A stretch of DNA of 62,981 bases, filler included, from Dugesia japonica (lineage: Eukaryota), in NCBI GenBank assembly GCA_001938525.1. It is 6 parts of 6 records of this genome, joined end to end, with 100 filler letters (N's around TTAATTAATTAA, not from the genome) between each part and the next. Parts side by side here need not be neighbours in the genome. Positions count along the whole stretch, not along the records: positions 44,388 to 54,633 come from MQRL01608712.1; positions 54,734 to 62,981 come from MQRL01643052.1; 4 more parts are not named here. One strand, 5' to 3'. Both the position numbers and the translations under genes were made by a program. This document shows, one piece after another, positions 52,658 through 62,981 of the stretch (position 1 is the stretch's first letter; each line of letters begins with the position of its first letter). Under the pieces are notes generated by a model. That model was not told the DNA's origin and searched no databases. It saw only the letters and a program-made list of their open reading frames with translations.

Positions 52658-54633
52658 CTAAAAGCATTTAAATTTTATCAAATCTTTTAATGAACATTAT
52701 AAAACCTCATTAAAACTCTAATTAAAATCTAAGTACAAAAATAAAATAATTGCAGAATGAAANTAATAAATTTATTAATATTTTCCCCCCATAAATGAAA
52801 TTAATTATAATAACTGTTTAATTAAATTAATAAATATATTTGTATTGCCAGAGAATTACAATCAAATTTTTCATATTTTCTTTTATATTATAAAATAAAA
52901 ACAGATGATGCGTGAATATATTTATCTTTTTATTATCTATTTGCCCCCTTTTTAAAAAAAAACTTTTGATATGTATAATATAATATATTGTAAATATTGT
53001 TAAAATTACACCTGAAAATTCATAAATGCGTCCGACACCGTCAAACTGAATTGTTTATGCAAATCATATAGAATTATATAACTAATTTTTGGTACCAGTG
53101 TGATTCAGTTGCACGGATTTATTTATTTATTTATGATTATAACAATAATTTTAGTAAGGCGGCAAAAAGTAACAATTTGATTATTTTATGAAAAATATAA
53201 ACGAATATAAAAAATTAATCGTTAATTTCGATTAGTTATTTCGAGAGTTATTTCCAAAACTTCGATAATAATTCAATTATACGTAAAAAATAAATTAATA
53301 TCTTTCCAAAATTTTTAATCGGAAATAATTTTTAAAATCCCAAGAATAAAAAGAAATAAAAATTATCTATATTTTTTAAATATTTTATTTTCAATCTATT
53401 TTTTTTATTTTTAAAAAACCAACAAATCAATTTAGTTTTCGGATTTTTTTTCTTTTAAAAAAATATTAGCATTTCATTTTAAATTATTTCAGACTTTAAA
53501 TTAAAGCACTTTACAAATAATGATTTGTTAAATATAGCTAAAATTTTAGTGCATTTTAATGATCAAGAATTTTTTTTGCAATTGCAATTATTGCGAGAAT
53601 AATTGTTGGACTTAACCATTGATCGTTTTATAGAATTCATTTAANNNNNNNNNNNNNNNNNNNNNNNNNNNNNNNNNNNNNNNNNNNNNNNNNNNNNNNN
53701 NNNNNNNNNNNNNNNNNNNNNCAGGATTTTACTTTTTAATTTATTCAAGGTTTATAATAGTAATAATTTTAGAAATAATTTATTTTTATTAAATTAAGAA
53801 TTTTTTGTAAAAAATTTTTATAATAATTAATAAAACTAAAATTTTTACGTGAATTATAATGTTTATTTGATGTAATCAAAGAAATCTTTTTATATTTACA
53901 ATACTAACTTCTTTCTTACAATCCCATAAAATAAATAACTTGGAAAGTATTAAGTTTATCTAATTAACGAATAAACATCAATCAATATTGGTTTTTAAAA
54001 TCTTCATTGTTAACCTTCTAATTTAAATTAATAAATTTACTTTTAACATTCTTTAAAAATTAAGTAAGTATAAACTTAAATAAAATAGTTAAACGTAAGG
54101 AAAATTATGTATCTTTTAACAATGATTACAATACGAAAATTTCATAATGAAATACATGTTTTTGTTTAANNNNNNNNNNNNNNNNNNNNNNNNNNNNNNN
54201 NNNNNNNNNNNNNNNNNNNTATTAAGTTTATCTAATTAACGAATAAACATCAATCAATATTGGTTTTTAAAATCTTCATTGTTAACCTTCTAATTTAAAT
54301 TAATAAATTTACTTTTAACATTCTTTAAAAATTAAGTAAGTATAAACTTAAATAAAATAGTTNNNNNNNNNNNNNNNNNNNNNNNNNNNNNNNNNNNNNN
54401 NNNNNNNNNNNNNNNNTAATGAAATACATGTTTTTGTTTAATCGAACAAACAATTCTTAATCAGTGCCAACCCTTATTTTAGTAATTTATATATAAAATA
54501 CTTAAACAAAATTTGGTTATATTCCTTTGATAGTTTAAAGTTTTATATGAATTATTAATTCATTGGTAAAGTAATGGTGGATTTCAAATTTGAACTTTAA
54601 ACTGCTCAATACAAAAGAAATTAGTAAAAATAA

Positions 54634-54733
54634 NNNNNNNNNNNNNNNNNNNNNNNNNNNNNNNNNNNNNNNNNNNNTTAATTAATTAANNNNNNNNNNN
54701 NNNNNNNNNNNNNNNNNNNNNNNNNNNNNNNNN
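54634..54733. other. Artificial scaffold linker
   Basis: N44-TTAATTAATTAA-N44. Confidence 0.95.
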
Positions 54734-55390
54734 GATCAAGGAAGACAATTTTAATCTGAATTGTTCAAAAATCTGTGCAACAAATATGAAATTAAAAAGA
54801 ACAGAACTACTAAATATAACCAGCAATGTAACGGGAAAATAGAGAGGTTGCACAGAACATCAAAAAAAAGTCTGCGTACAATCGCAAACAACAGGACATG
54901 GCTTGAGAAATTGCTACAAACATTAATAGGGTTACGAAACAACCCAAACTCGACTAATAACCAAAGCCCGAGTCAAATGATATGGGGAAATCCTACAATT
55001 ATTCCTTACTTGAAAGAAAACAAAACAACAAAAACCAAAGAAAAAATAGAAAACTACGATAATAAAACAAAATCAAATAAACTAAAGAGCATCTTAAAAG
55101 AGAATAAAATACAACCCCGAATAAAATTGTGCTTACAACAGACTATGCACTTGTAAAAAAAACCTTTCACAAAAGGCTTTAAATCAAAATATTTGGGCCC
55201 ATACAGACTTTTAAAAGTCAACAAAAATTTCACAACTCTAATCATAAATGAAAAGGAAATGAAAATAAACGTCAGGAGAACCAAACCATACCATATACAC
55301 AAAAAGACAAAATCCGTTATATTCAGCACACAAAATCACACAAAACTCTTCTTAAAAACACAAGCAATACAAACAAATAACAAATAAAAT
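54734..55390 (+). mobile_element. Gypsy integrase C-terminal remnant
   Basis: DQGRQF*SELFKNLC..RTTKYNQQCNGKIERLHRT and GPY module KYLGPYRLL. Confidence 0.85.
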
Positions 55391-56172
55391 ATCAAACAAA
55401 TACAGGCATATTGTGTTGTAAACGTTTTATAAATTTTACGTCAGATATGCTCCACTATACATTTTTTTATTTTATCTTACGTCTAATATATTAAGTAAGA
55501 ATGTCTCGATGTAAATCGTCAATTGTAAATTTTTGATCATTTTTATTTTTCAATTGTTGTATATACCTCCGGTTTTAAATGTGGAAGTTTTATGTAGTGT
55601 TATTGTTTTTATTATTATTTTTTTAGGGAAAAAAGTGTATGTATATACGTGTGTGTATATGCATACACACACGTATAATTATAATAGTATTAAAAATATT
55701 ATTAAAGAATTATAAAGGTCAATAAATAATATTGATAAAAAGAAAAATTTAAATTTTGAATTAAAAATATAAAAACTTTGCAACCGCTTAAAGCCGAAAA
55801 TCACACGAAATTAAATTTTAAAAAAAAGAAAAGAAGATTTTAACGAATTTAAATTGGAATAAAAAAATGATTCAAAATAAAATCTTGGCAACAGCTGAAA
55901 ATTTCAAATTAGCAATTCTTAACAATACTGTACTAGTATTAATTGTGCAACAATCTATAAAGCATACATCCCGGTTGTCCCAACATTGAGACAGGAGACT
56001 CTGCTGGGCTCGACAAAATTCCTTTGGTAATAAAATAATAATTATAAGAATAACAAATTATACAGTGTAATTAAACAGAATAAATAGAAAATCATAGATC
56101 AGGAAAACGCCCAACCGTTTATTTATTCTAGCTATTAACTTAACAAATAACTGAGATTAAGTTAATAATCCT

Positions 56173-56929
56173 TTACATATAGATTAACATTTGATCATGT
56201 AACTTCATGATTTTTGATTTGGTAATAGCTTTGAACAAGCCTCCCTTCATATCTGTAGGAGAATATTGTTGTTTGTCTAATCTCAATGTTCTTGTCAAGA
56301 CATTATCAAATACAACTTTTTTGACATCATCTTGTAGCTCAAATTCAAAATATTTTCCCGCATTTATAAGACATTTCTTAAACATTTGAGTACAATTTTC
56401 GGTCAAATATTTACTTAACTGTTACAATACTGATATGTATATATCATCTTTTAACTGAAAAGTTCTATAATTCACCACTGGATAAGCCACTTTAATTTTA
56501 ATTTTTTGTACTGTGACATCATTTTTAAAGTTTGTATAGATATGACCAAATTTCTTTGATAATTTGTTAGATTTAAATCCTAATCCAAATGAGTGTACGA
56601 TATGTGCATCTTCAAATATGACAACATGTCGAAAATCGCAATAAAATCTTATGAGATTCTTTTCAAATATTTGCAAATTTTTATTTTGATCCACACTAAG
56701 GGTTTTTTCCTTGTTATTTATTGTTACAGTTATTTCATTCAATATATTTTTTGCTGACATGTATTTTAGACTTGCTTTATACTGGAAATGGCGAATATAG
56801 TAAAGTAAAGTCCATCATGGCAACGTCCCAACTACCATCCATATAAATTGGATTTTTTAGCTCGACAATGAATTTACTAGCATTATTTTCAGGATGAATA
56901 AGTGTACAGCTACAATTACTTGATTTCAT
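56173..56929 (-). pseudogene. Polinton penton (N-terminal and middle part), disrupted; paralogue of 45231
   Basis: CTLIHPENNASKFIVELKNPIYMDGSWDVAMMDF aligns with the 45231 ORF; continues through ORFs 56422-56760 and 56173-56406. Confidence 0.75.
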
Positions 56930-56939
56930 CTGAATTTTC

Positions 56940-57783
56940 TTCTTGATTGACTATTTGTGATGCTAATATCCAACTTAATTTTTCGTATCCGTGCCACTTT
57001 ACATAGTATTGTTTATTCCTGATCCTTTTAATTTGATTATTGTTTCTATTCTATATATCTCTGGTGGTGGAATGACTTGTAATTCTTGCTCATAGAATTG
57101 TTTGTACTTACATCCACCGGTTTTGCTCCATTTAATCCCTTATGACCAGAATGATTATAACTATTAATAAGTTTCGGTAAAACATTTATCCAAGTCTTAT
57201 TACCAACATGTACAAAGAATCTTTTCAATGCATCTTTCAGTGTACGATTAAATCTCTCTACATGTTCAGGTATATACTGAGAGAATACACTATACTGGTT
57301 TATAGATAGATGATCTATAAGTTGCTTGACCTTGGAATTGTAAAATTCTTTACCTAAATCTGTTTGTAAATTATCTGGATGTTCATTTTTAAACATTGAC
57401 TTGATTGCTGGTTCCATATTATTAGCAGATTTTGATTTAACAGGAACAGCTCTCGCAAATCTACTGAATACATCGATACATGTCAAAATATACTTGTACA
57501 CTTTATTAATTTTTGAATATGGCATCATCTCCATTAGAAAACATTTGAAACATTTTGAAAAAACATTAGAATACATTTGCCATAAATCATCAATACCATA
57601 TGTTTTATATGCTCTTGTTGAAATTCTTTTCAACATTGGCTTGTTTAGACTGTACGCTAGCTGCCCAGATAACCATGTTTTCGTCTTTCTTTTCGTTTCT
57701 GGAGCTGCTTTCATCAATTTTTCTACGTCTCAAAAACCTGCTGGGCTTTTTGGATCCGTTTATATTGTCTTTAGTTTCCCCAT
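56940..57783 (-). pseudogene. Polinton retroviral-like integrase with C-terminal chromodomain, disrupted
   Basis: YTDPKSPAGF..WLSGQLAYSLNKP..GIDDLWQ, YILTCIDVFSRFA, LQTDLGKEF, VERFNRTLK; chromodomain KQYYVKWHGYEKLSWI. Confidence 0.9.
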
Positions 57784-57889
57784 TACAACAGTTTAATGCA
57801 AAGTTTAAGTCAAAATTAGGTAATGATTGAAATCCACCCATTGTTTATTAATATATTGGTCAAAAGCGTAAATTGTTTATTTGAAATGA

Positions 57890-58205
57890 GTTAAGCCTCA
57901 TGCTGCTAATGCAATTGGTAGTAATGCTGCTATAAATCCAACACCTTGATTGTCTCGTATTACTTTCCTCATCAATCTTCCACGTTTTGTATTTACAAGC
58001 GATAGCAAGATTTTTTATGTTTTTTCAATGTTTCCTTTTTAGCTTTGCTCAAATTTACATTACCACGAACAATATTTATAATAATCTTAAGTAAATCATC
58101 CATAACATATGGTGGAAATGATTACATAATGCTCATTCTCATTGGCTTTGATGATTTAATCAAAGCAGTAAAAAACGGAATACTTCTTTCTAATTTCAAT
58201 TTTAT
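57890..58205 (-). pseudogene. Small conserved Polinton core/membrane-active-like protein, disrupted
   Basis: INIVRGNVNLSKAKKETLKKHKK..NQGVGFIAALLPIALAA fits the recalled N.L.GNV.L..K..L..HK / Q.GGFL..LLP pattern. Confidence 0.65.
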
Positions 58206-58524
58206 TTCAATAACAAAGAAATACCAGTTAATTGTTTATAATGATATCTATTTTCCAGTCATCAATTCCAGTTTCTTTCCGTTACTTTTTGAAAGTTTTT
58301 TAAACTTATTCAATTGATTTTTCTTATTTGCATACGTTTTCTTATGATATTGTTTCTAGTGGGATTTTTTTCTTATAAGATTGTTTCGTCTTTTTCTTCA
58401 AAACTAGCTTTTTTCGTAGTTTAACAACATCACCATCAGCAGCTGAATCAACTACAATTTTCTTAAACTTTGCATTTTATATAGTATTATGAAAATTACT
58501 TATTTTATTTATATACTGCGATAC

Positions 58525-58832
58525 TATTATGGTTGAATATATTTGTTCTCACCCTATAATCCTCTGGACATTGTTGTGTAAAGTCGAAAATTAAATATCC
58601 ATGTCGTTTTTCTGTTGCATCTTTAAATGATTCAATAAGAAATTGTCTGTTATTTGGATATGCTTGTCTTGCTAGAAAATCANNNNNNNNNNNNNNNNNN
58701 NNNNNNNNNNNNNNNNNNNNNNNNNNNNNNNNNNNNNNNNNNNNNNNNNNNNNNNNNNNNNNNNNNNNNNNNNNNNNNNNNNNNTCACAGTCACATTACG
58801 ATGTCTCGATATCTTTGTGAATAAATTATTGA
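58525..58832 (-). pseudogene. Polinton A32/FtsK-like packaging ATPase, C-terminal part
   Basis: NLFTKISRHRNVTV (gap) FLARQAYPNNRQFLIESFKDATEKRHGYLIFDFTQQCPEDYRVRTNIF. Confidence 0.85.
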
Positions 58833-60173
58833 AGATTATTATTATTATTTAAAGATAAGAATGGCATTAGTACGCCTGTAAATATGCATAAAAGGAACAT
58901 AAGATTGAGGACAGGATTCACACGAACCCTCACAGTAAGGAGGAAAACTGTTGCATAAGTATGGTGGCGGAGAACACAAACAGCTTCTTTATAAAGGTTT
59001 AAAATATTAAATTAGATAAATTATTGAGTTTAATTGTGAGAGATAATCTGTTTTAGACTAAAATTACAAAATTTAAACTTTTTTTAAAAATAATTTGACT
59101 TGACAAGTTTTACTGCAAATATTCTTGAAAAAAGCAAACGTTTTAATCGAATAGTACATGAATCAATAAATTTTGATGAAAATTAATAATTTTTTATTTA
59201 TGTCGGTTAGAATCCTCGGGATTTTTAACATGTTTTCTCAAATTTTCTAAGTCAAGTTTGATGATTTTAGGTGTTGATTTTTTTGACCAGTGAAAAATTC
59301 TCTTTAAAATAATGTTAGTTTCGTTAGAATAAGAGAAAAAATATTTTCAAAATTCTCGAAAAATCAAATACTTTACTTAATTACCTCAGCACACAAAAAA
59401 CGTTTGTCGACTTTAACTAGGTAGTCATGATGAGCGGAAATTTCTCTATCAAATTAATTAGTTTATATTTAAATTCGAGAACAAAATATTTTTCGAAAAA
59501 CAGGCTAACCCGAGGAAATTATTGCCCAAAATCATAGGAAATTGACCTTTGTTAGTAAATAATAAACTAAGTTTGAACTTCATGAGGAAATTTCTTACAA
59601 AATCACCCAAAAATCAACCTTCTCGAAGAATTTTTTTATCAAATCGTTTAAATAATAATCAATTCACATTTATCTATCTTGTAAGAACTGAGAAATTGCA
59701 TCATTTAATAAAAAATCAGTTTGTATAAAAGTTATATTTTGGAGCATATTATTTTGTGAAACAATAAATTTAACATTGGCTATATGCATTATTAAAATTG
59801 TTTAAAAATCATTTTATAATTTTAATGGTCAATCAGAACAAAACATTTAAGAATAATAGCCGTTCCCAACATTATAAATAAATACAGATTATACAAAAAT
59901 AACATAATTATAATATTAAATATCAAAATTTATAATTCCAAATATATTATTTAAAATATTTACAATAAAATAAACATAAATAACATGATTTCTTAAAATA
60001 AAACAGATAAATGGTAAAGAAAATATAAAATATTAAAATAAATTCTACTTTTAAAATTGTTTATTTATTTAAATTATTCCAACAAAAACCAAACTTATCA
60101 TTGTTTGAATAGTTTATTACCTAAATAATAATTTCTTTAAAACAATTCTATTGCACGTGAATATATTTCGTTT

Positions 60174-60532
60174 ATGGATAAAATTATTCACAGAATTGTT
60201 AAATACCAAAAGATTGGTCGTAAATCTTTTGATGTTTATAAAACTAAGGAGCCTGAAGTGGTATGTCAATTAAATCATCTAAAAATGTATTTACTTTAGT
60301 AATTTAGACCGATTACATAATCTTTTCATGTATTGATAAGAGAATAATACCAAATGACTTCACAAAAGTACCAATTGGCCATTTGTTTGTTGTGAGAAAT
60401 GCTGGAAACTTTATTCCAACATATGATCATCATAATTTTCAAGAAATTTCCAGTGAAGGTGGTGCTATTGAATTAGCTGTTAAAAGAGCTGGGATCAAGG
60501 ATATCATAATTTCTGGACATTCGGATTGTAGA
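60174..60532 (+). CDS. Beta-class carbonic anhydrase, exons 1-2 (60174-60260, 60308-60532)
   Basis: Spliced MDKIIHRIVKY..EPEV|TDYIIFSCIDKRIIP..LFVVRNAGNFIP..EGGAIELAV..IIISGHSDCR| with CxDxR and HxxC zinc motifs; 47-bp GT-AG intron. Confidence 0.92.
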
Positions 60533-60895
60533 GTAGGTTAATAAATTTAATAATGCTAGAATTTTTATTTATGATTATGATTAAATTTAAATATTTTAAT
60601 GTACTTATTTATTAAATTTTTCATTTTTTCTACTAAATTTAGGGTTACAGTTTCGAATATACAAATTTTGAATTTAATATTTTACAAACTTGTAATGTAA
60701 TTGCAAATTTGAAATGATTAATTATCGAAACGAATCAAGTTAAAATGGTTGCCTTTTAATGGAAATGTCAAATAACGGTTTAATATTTAATTCTAACTTG
60801 GATCGTTTTTTTTTTGAGTATATAGATGCATAATTACAGAAAATTAGTCAAGCTTAGATAAAAATAATTTTTTTAAAATTGTACTAGATTTAGCT

Positions 60896-60916
60896 CAGTG
60901 GTTCTCAAACTATGCT
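60896..60916 (+). mobile_element. hAT MITE terminus interrupted by the downstream element
   Basis: CAGTGGTTCTCAAACT, same terminal type as 27074, 33282 and 52254. Confidence 0.55.
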
Positions 60917-61029
60917 AGTAGATGATGAAAGGCGCGACAAGACACCCACCCCCCCCTACCATAAAAAATCATAAATTTTTTTTCAGACACCCCCCCCTAC
61001 ATAAAATAAAAAATGTAGTATGTCTAGAT

Positions 61030-61355
61030 AGTATGTAGACTGGCTCATAAAAGTTTGTAGTTTGCAGACTGGCTCATAAAAAGATAGACCAACACATAAA
61101 AGTTTGTAGTTTGCAGATCAACACACTGAAAAAGATAGACTGGGCCCATATAGTTTATAGTAAGCAGACCAAAAGTATTTAGACTAAAATAACTGGTAGG
61201 GAGTTGAGAGACTGTAGATTATTGTGAAAAAAAAATAGTTTTACCATGTTTTACCACGTTTTACCATGTTTTTCTTAGTTTTACCAACTTTACCCAAGTG
61301 TTACCAATTTTCGCTCGCTGACACCCACTTTCGACCGCTGTCGCTCGCTGTCGAC
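61030..61355 (+). repeat. Modular subterminal repeats of the element
   Basis: AGACTGGCTCATAAAA, GTTTGTAGTTTGC and AGATAGAC modules at 61030-61190; 10-bp TTTTACCAYG-like units x7 at 61239-61310; TCGCTCGCTG x2. Confidence 0.85.
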
Positions 61356-61387
61356 TCTGGGTACTTTGAAAAACCTGTTTTTTAAAA

Positions 61388-62098
61388 ATGAAAAAAATGG
61401 AAAAAATGAAAAAAAATGAAAACCCTAAATTTTTCCCTTATAAAATGGAGATTGAATACAAAATAGATATAAATAAAGATTGTGAAAATTTGAACATGAA
61501 AGAAAAGATTATTATAACTAAATATTTAGAAATTGTTAATAAAAATTTATCATTAAAACCATTTGAAATATCTAAAAAGATTGGAGTTAGTACAAGAGAA
61601 ATGAATATTGTCCTGAGAAAAATGGGNCTAATAGATGAAGCAAAAAAGAAAAAACCTGTTATCAAGAGATTTACTTATGAAAATGAATTATTTATACCAG
61701 ATAAAGAAGGTGTATACTATAAAAAATCAGCAAATAGTTTAATAGAATATAAACCTATTAAAGAAAAGAAAACAGAACAAGAAAAGATTATAGAAAATAG
61801 TAATAAAATTAAAACTAAACTAATAAATGGTTTTAATGATAGGAAAAATAATCCCAAACTAAAGGTGGAAGATTTTAAAGGAATATTTAAACATGGTAAA
61901 ACTGTTGTAGAAGATGTAAAAGGTGGTAAAATGGAATTGGAAGATCTTGGAAATTATAATGTAATTGGAAATGGATTACCAACCGAAAACAATAATACAG
62001 TTGAAATAACAAGTTCTTTTATTGAAAAGTATGCAAGAAATCCAACTAATTTAAAAAGAAATACAAGTCAAGTAAGTTTATCAAATGAATTTAAATAA
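61388..62098 (+). CDS. Element ORF1, 236 aa, putative helix-turn-helix DNA-binding protein
   Basis: Intact ORF; LKPFEISKKIGVSTREMNIVLRKMGL has an HTH pattern followed by a KKKKP basic stretch. Confidence 0.6.
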   Translation: MKKMEKMKKNENPKFFPYKMEIEYKIDINKDCENLNMKEKIIITKYLEIVNKNLSLKPFEISKKIGVSTREMNIVLRKMXLIDEAKKKKPVIKRFTYENELFIPDKEGVYYKKSANSLIEYKPIKEKKTEQEKIIENSNKIKTKLINGFNDRKNNPKLKVEDFKGIFKHGKTVVEDVKGGKMELEDLGNYNVIGNGLPTENNNTVEITSSFIEKYARNPTNLKRNTSQVSLSNEFK

Positions 62099-62119
62099 AC
62101 TAAAAAGTTACTATAATAA

Positions 62120-62485
62120 ATGGATAATAATAATTTGAATTCAATTACAAAAGATAAAATATTTGTTAATGAGATATTTAAAGGTTTAGAGGAAGTTGTA
62201 GAAAAATTGGATAGTGAAGAGAGAATGAAAGATACTATTGAAAAATTATACATTAGTTATCGAACTTATAAAGAAGCATACGAGAGGGAGATTAAAAAGA
62301 AACAAAAGAATGTAAGTTTTGATATTGATGCAGAAATACAAAATATGCAAGAATTATTCAAACATAAAGAAGCTATTAAAATTAAATACTATAATACAAA
62401 GATTAAAAAAATTAAAGCTGATAGAAAAAACTATTTAATAAATAGTTTAAAAGAAGATGAAGAGTTTTTCTCAAAAAATAAGTAA
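62120..62485 (+). CDS. Element ORF2, 121 aa charged helical protein, unknown function
   Basis: Intact ATG-to-stop ORF, tightly packed between neighbours. Confidence 0.6.
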   Translation: MDNNNLNSITKDKIFVNEIFKGLEEVVEKLDSEERMKDTIEKLYISYRTYKEAYEREIKKKQKNVSFDIDAEIQNMQELFKHKEAIKIKYYNTKIKKIKADRKNYLINSLKEDEEFFSKNK

Positions 62486-62490
62486 AAGAA

Positions 62491-62775
62491 ATGGATCAAA
62501 TAAAAGAAGAAGAAATAATAAGTATTCCTACAGACACAAGTGAAGGGACAGTAAAATTAATAAAAAACAGTCAAAGCAATAAAAGTAAATATCAAAACAT
62601 GATTGTTGATTTAAAAGCTAAAGTAAAAATTTACAAGTACATTATTATTTTTATATTAATAGTTGTAATAGTTGTAATTATTTTATGTTACATCAACAGA
62701 GTAAAAATAAAAGAGTGGTTAAAAGAAAAATTCCAAATGAACCATACCAAATGCAAAATGAATCATACAAAATGA
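62491..62775 (+). CDS. Element ORF3, 94 aa single-pass membrane protein
   Basis: YIIIFILIVVIVVIILCYI hydrophobic run flanked by basic residues. Confidence 0.6.
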   Translation: MDQIKEEEIISIPTDTSEGTVKLIKNSQSNKSKYQNMIVDLKAKVKIYKYIIIFILIVVIVVIILCYINRVKIKEWLKEKFQMNHTKCKMNHTK

Positions 62776-62832
62776 AGTAGACCAAATGAAGTAGACCAAA
62801 AGTATTTCTAAGAAAATATCTGATACAGAAAA

Positions 62833-62981
62833 ATGGATCTAGATTTTAATATTAATTTTACACACAACCAAACTAAAAATGATTTATTGAAAATATCACC
62901 TACAGCAGGGTCAATAGTAAATTTAAACAAGAATGGTGATGTATCATTTCAATCACTACAAAATACTAATCCTTTAGATAT
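62833..62981 (+). CDS. Element ORF4 (truncated by the window), possible major capsid N-terminus
   Basis: Open to the window end: MDLDFNINFTHNQTKNDLLKISPTAGSIVNLNKNGDVSFQSLQNTNPLD; loosely resembles hexon starts (P..G..LN..G.I.F). Confidence 0.4.
   Translation, partial: MDLDFNINFTHNQTKNDLLKISPTAGSIVNLNKNGDVSFQSLQNTNPLD

Larger units (their letters stand above)
60917..62981 (+). mobile_element. Left end of a putative intact Polinton-like/endogenous virus element
   Basis: Starts AGTAGATGATG; duplicated C-tracts; ~470 bp of modular repeats; then four co-oriented, intronless, uninterrupted ORFs with 5-57 bp spacers. Confidence 0.6.

Noticed and set aside
45231-58832. One continuous Polinton spanning both blocks
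   Set aside because: Opposite strands, redundant penton, and separated by a host gene and an artificial linker
62112-62122. TAAATG as a poxvirus-type late promoter
   Set aside because: Single occurrence in very AT-rich DNA; expected by chance

Overview
Very AT-rich animal (invertebrate) genomic DNA with short GT-AG introns (~47-64 bp). It is not one locus: five identical artificial 100-bp linkers (N44-TTAATTAATTAA-N44) join six scaffolds of roughly 10-12 kb. Host genes, all spliced and partial: CCDC170-like coiled-coil (-), FAM184-like first exon (+), Onecut CUT-homeobox (+), a multi-VWA extracellular protein (-) and a beta-carbonic anhydrase (+, absent from the ORF track). Most other sequence is decayed mobile DNA (Penelope-like RT/GIY-YIG, Gypsy, mariner, Tc1, hAT, piggyBac, MITEs) plus 18S and 28S rRNA pseudogene fragments. 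Three highlights: (1) a seemingly intact, gene-dense, intronless virus-like element starting at an AGTAG terminus (60917) inside the beta-CA intron, with modular terminal repeats, an HTH ORF, a TM ORF and a possible capsid ORF cut off by the window; (2) two decayed copies of one Polinton/adintovirus family whose overlap gives the order ATPase-small core protein-chromo-integrase-penton-ORF-hexon; (3) a dispersed fold-back repeat family whose consensus is a minimal type-I hammerhead ribozyme of the Penelope type, with inversion axes at or beside the ribozyme. All calls are by-eye motif recognition, no searches were run, and boundaries of decayed elements are approximate.
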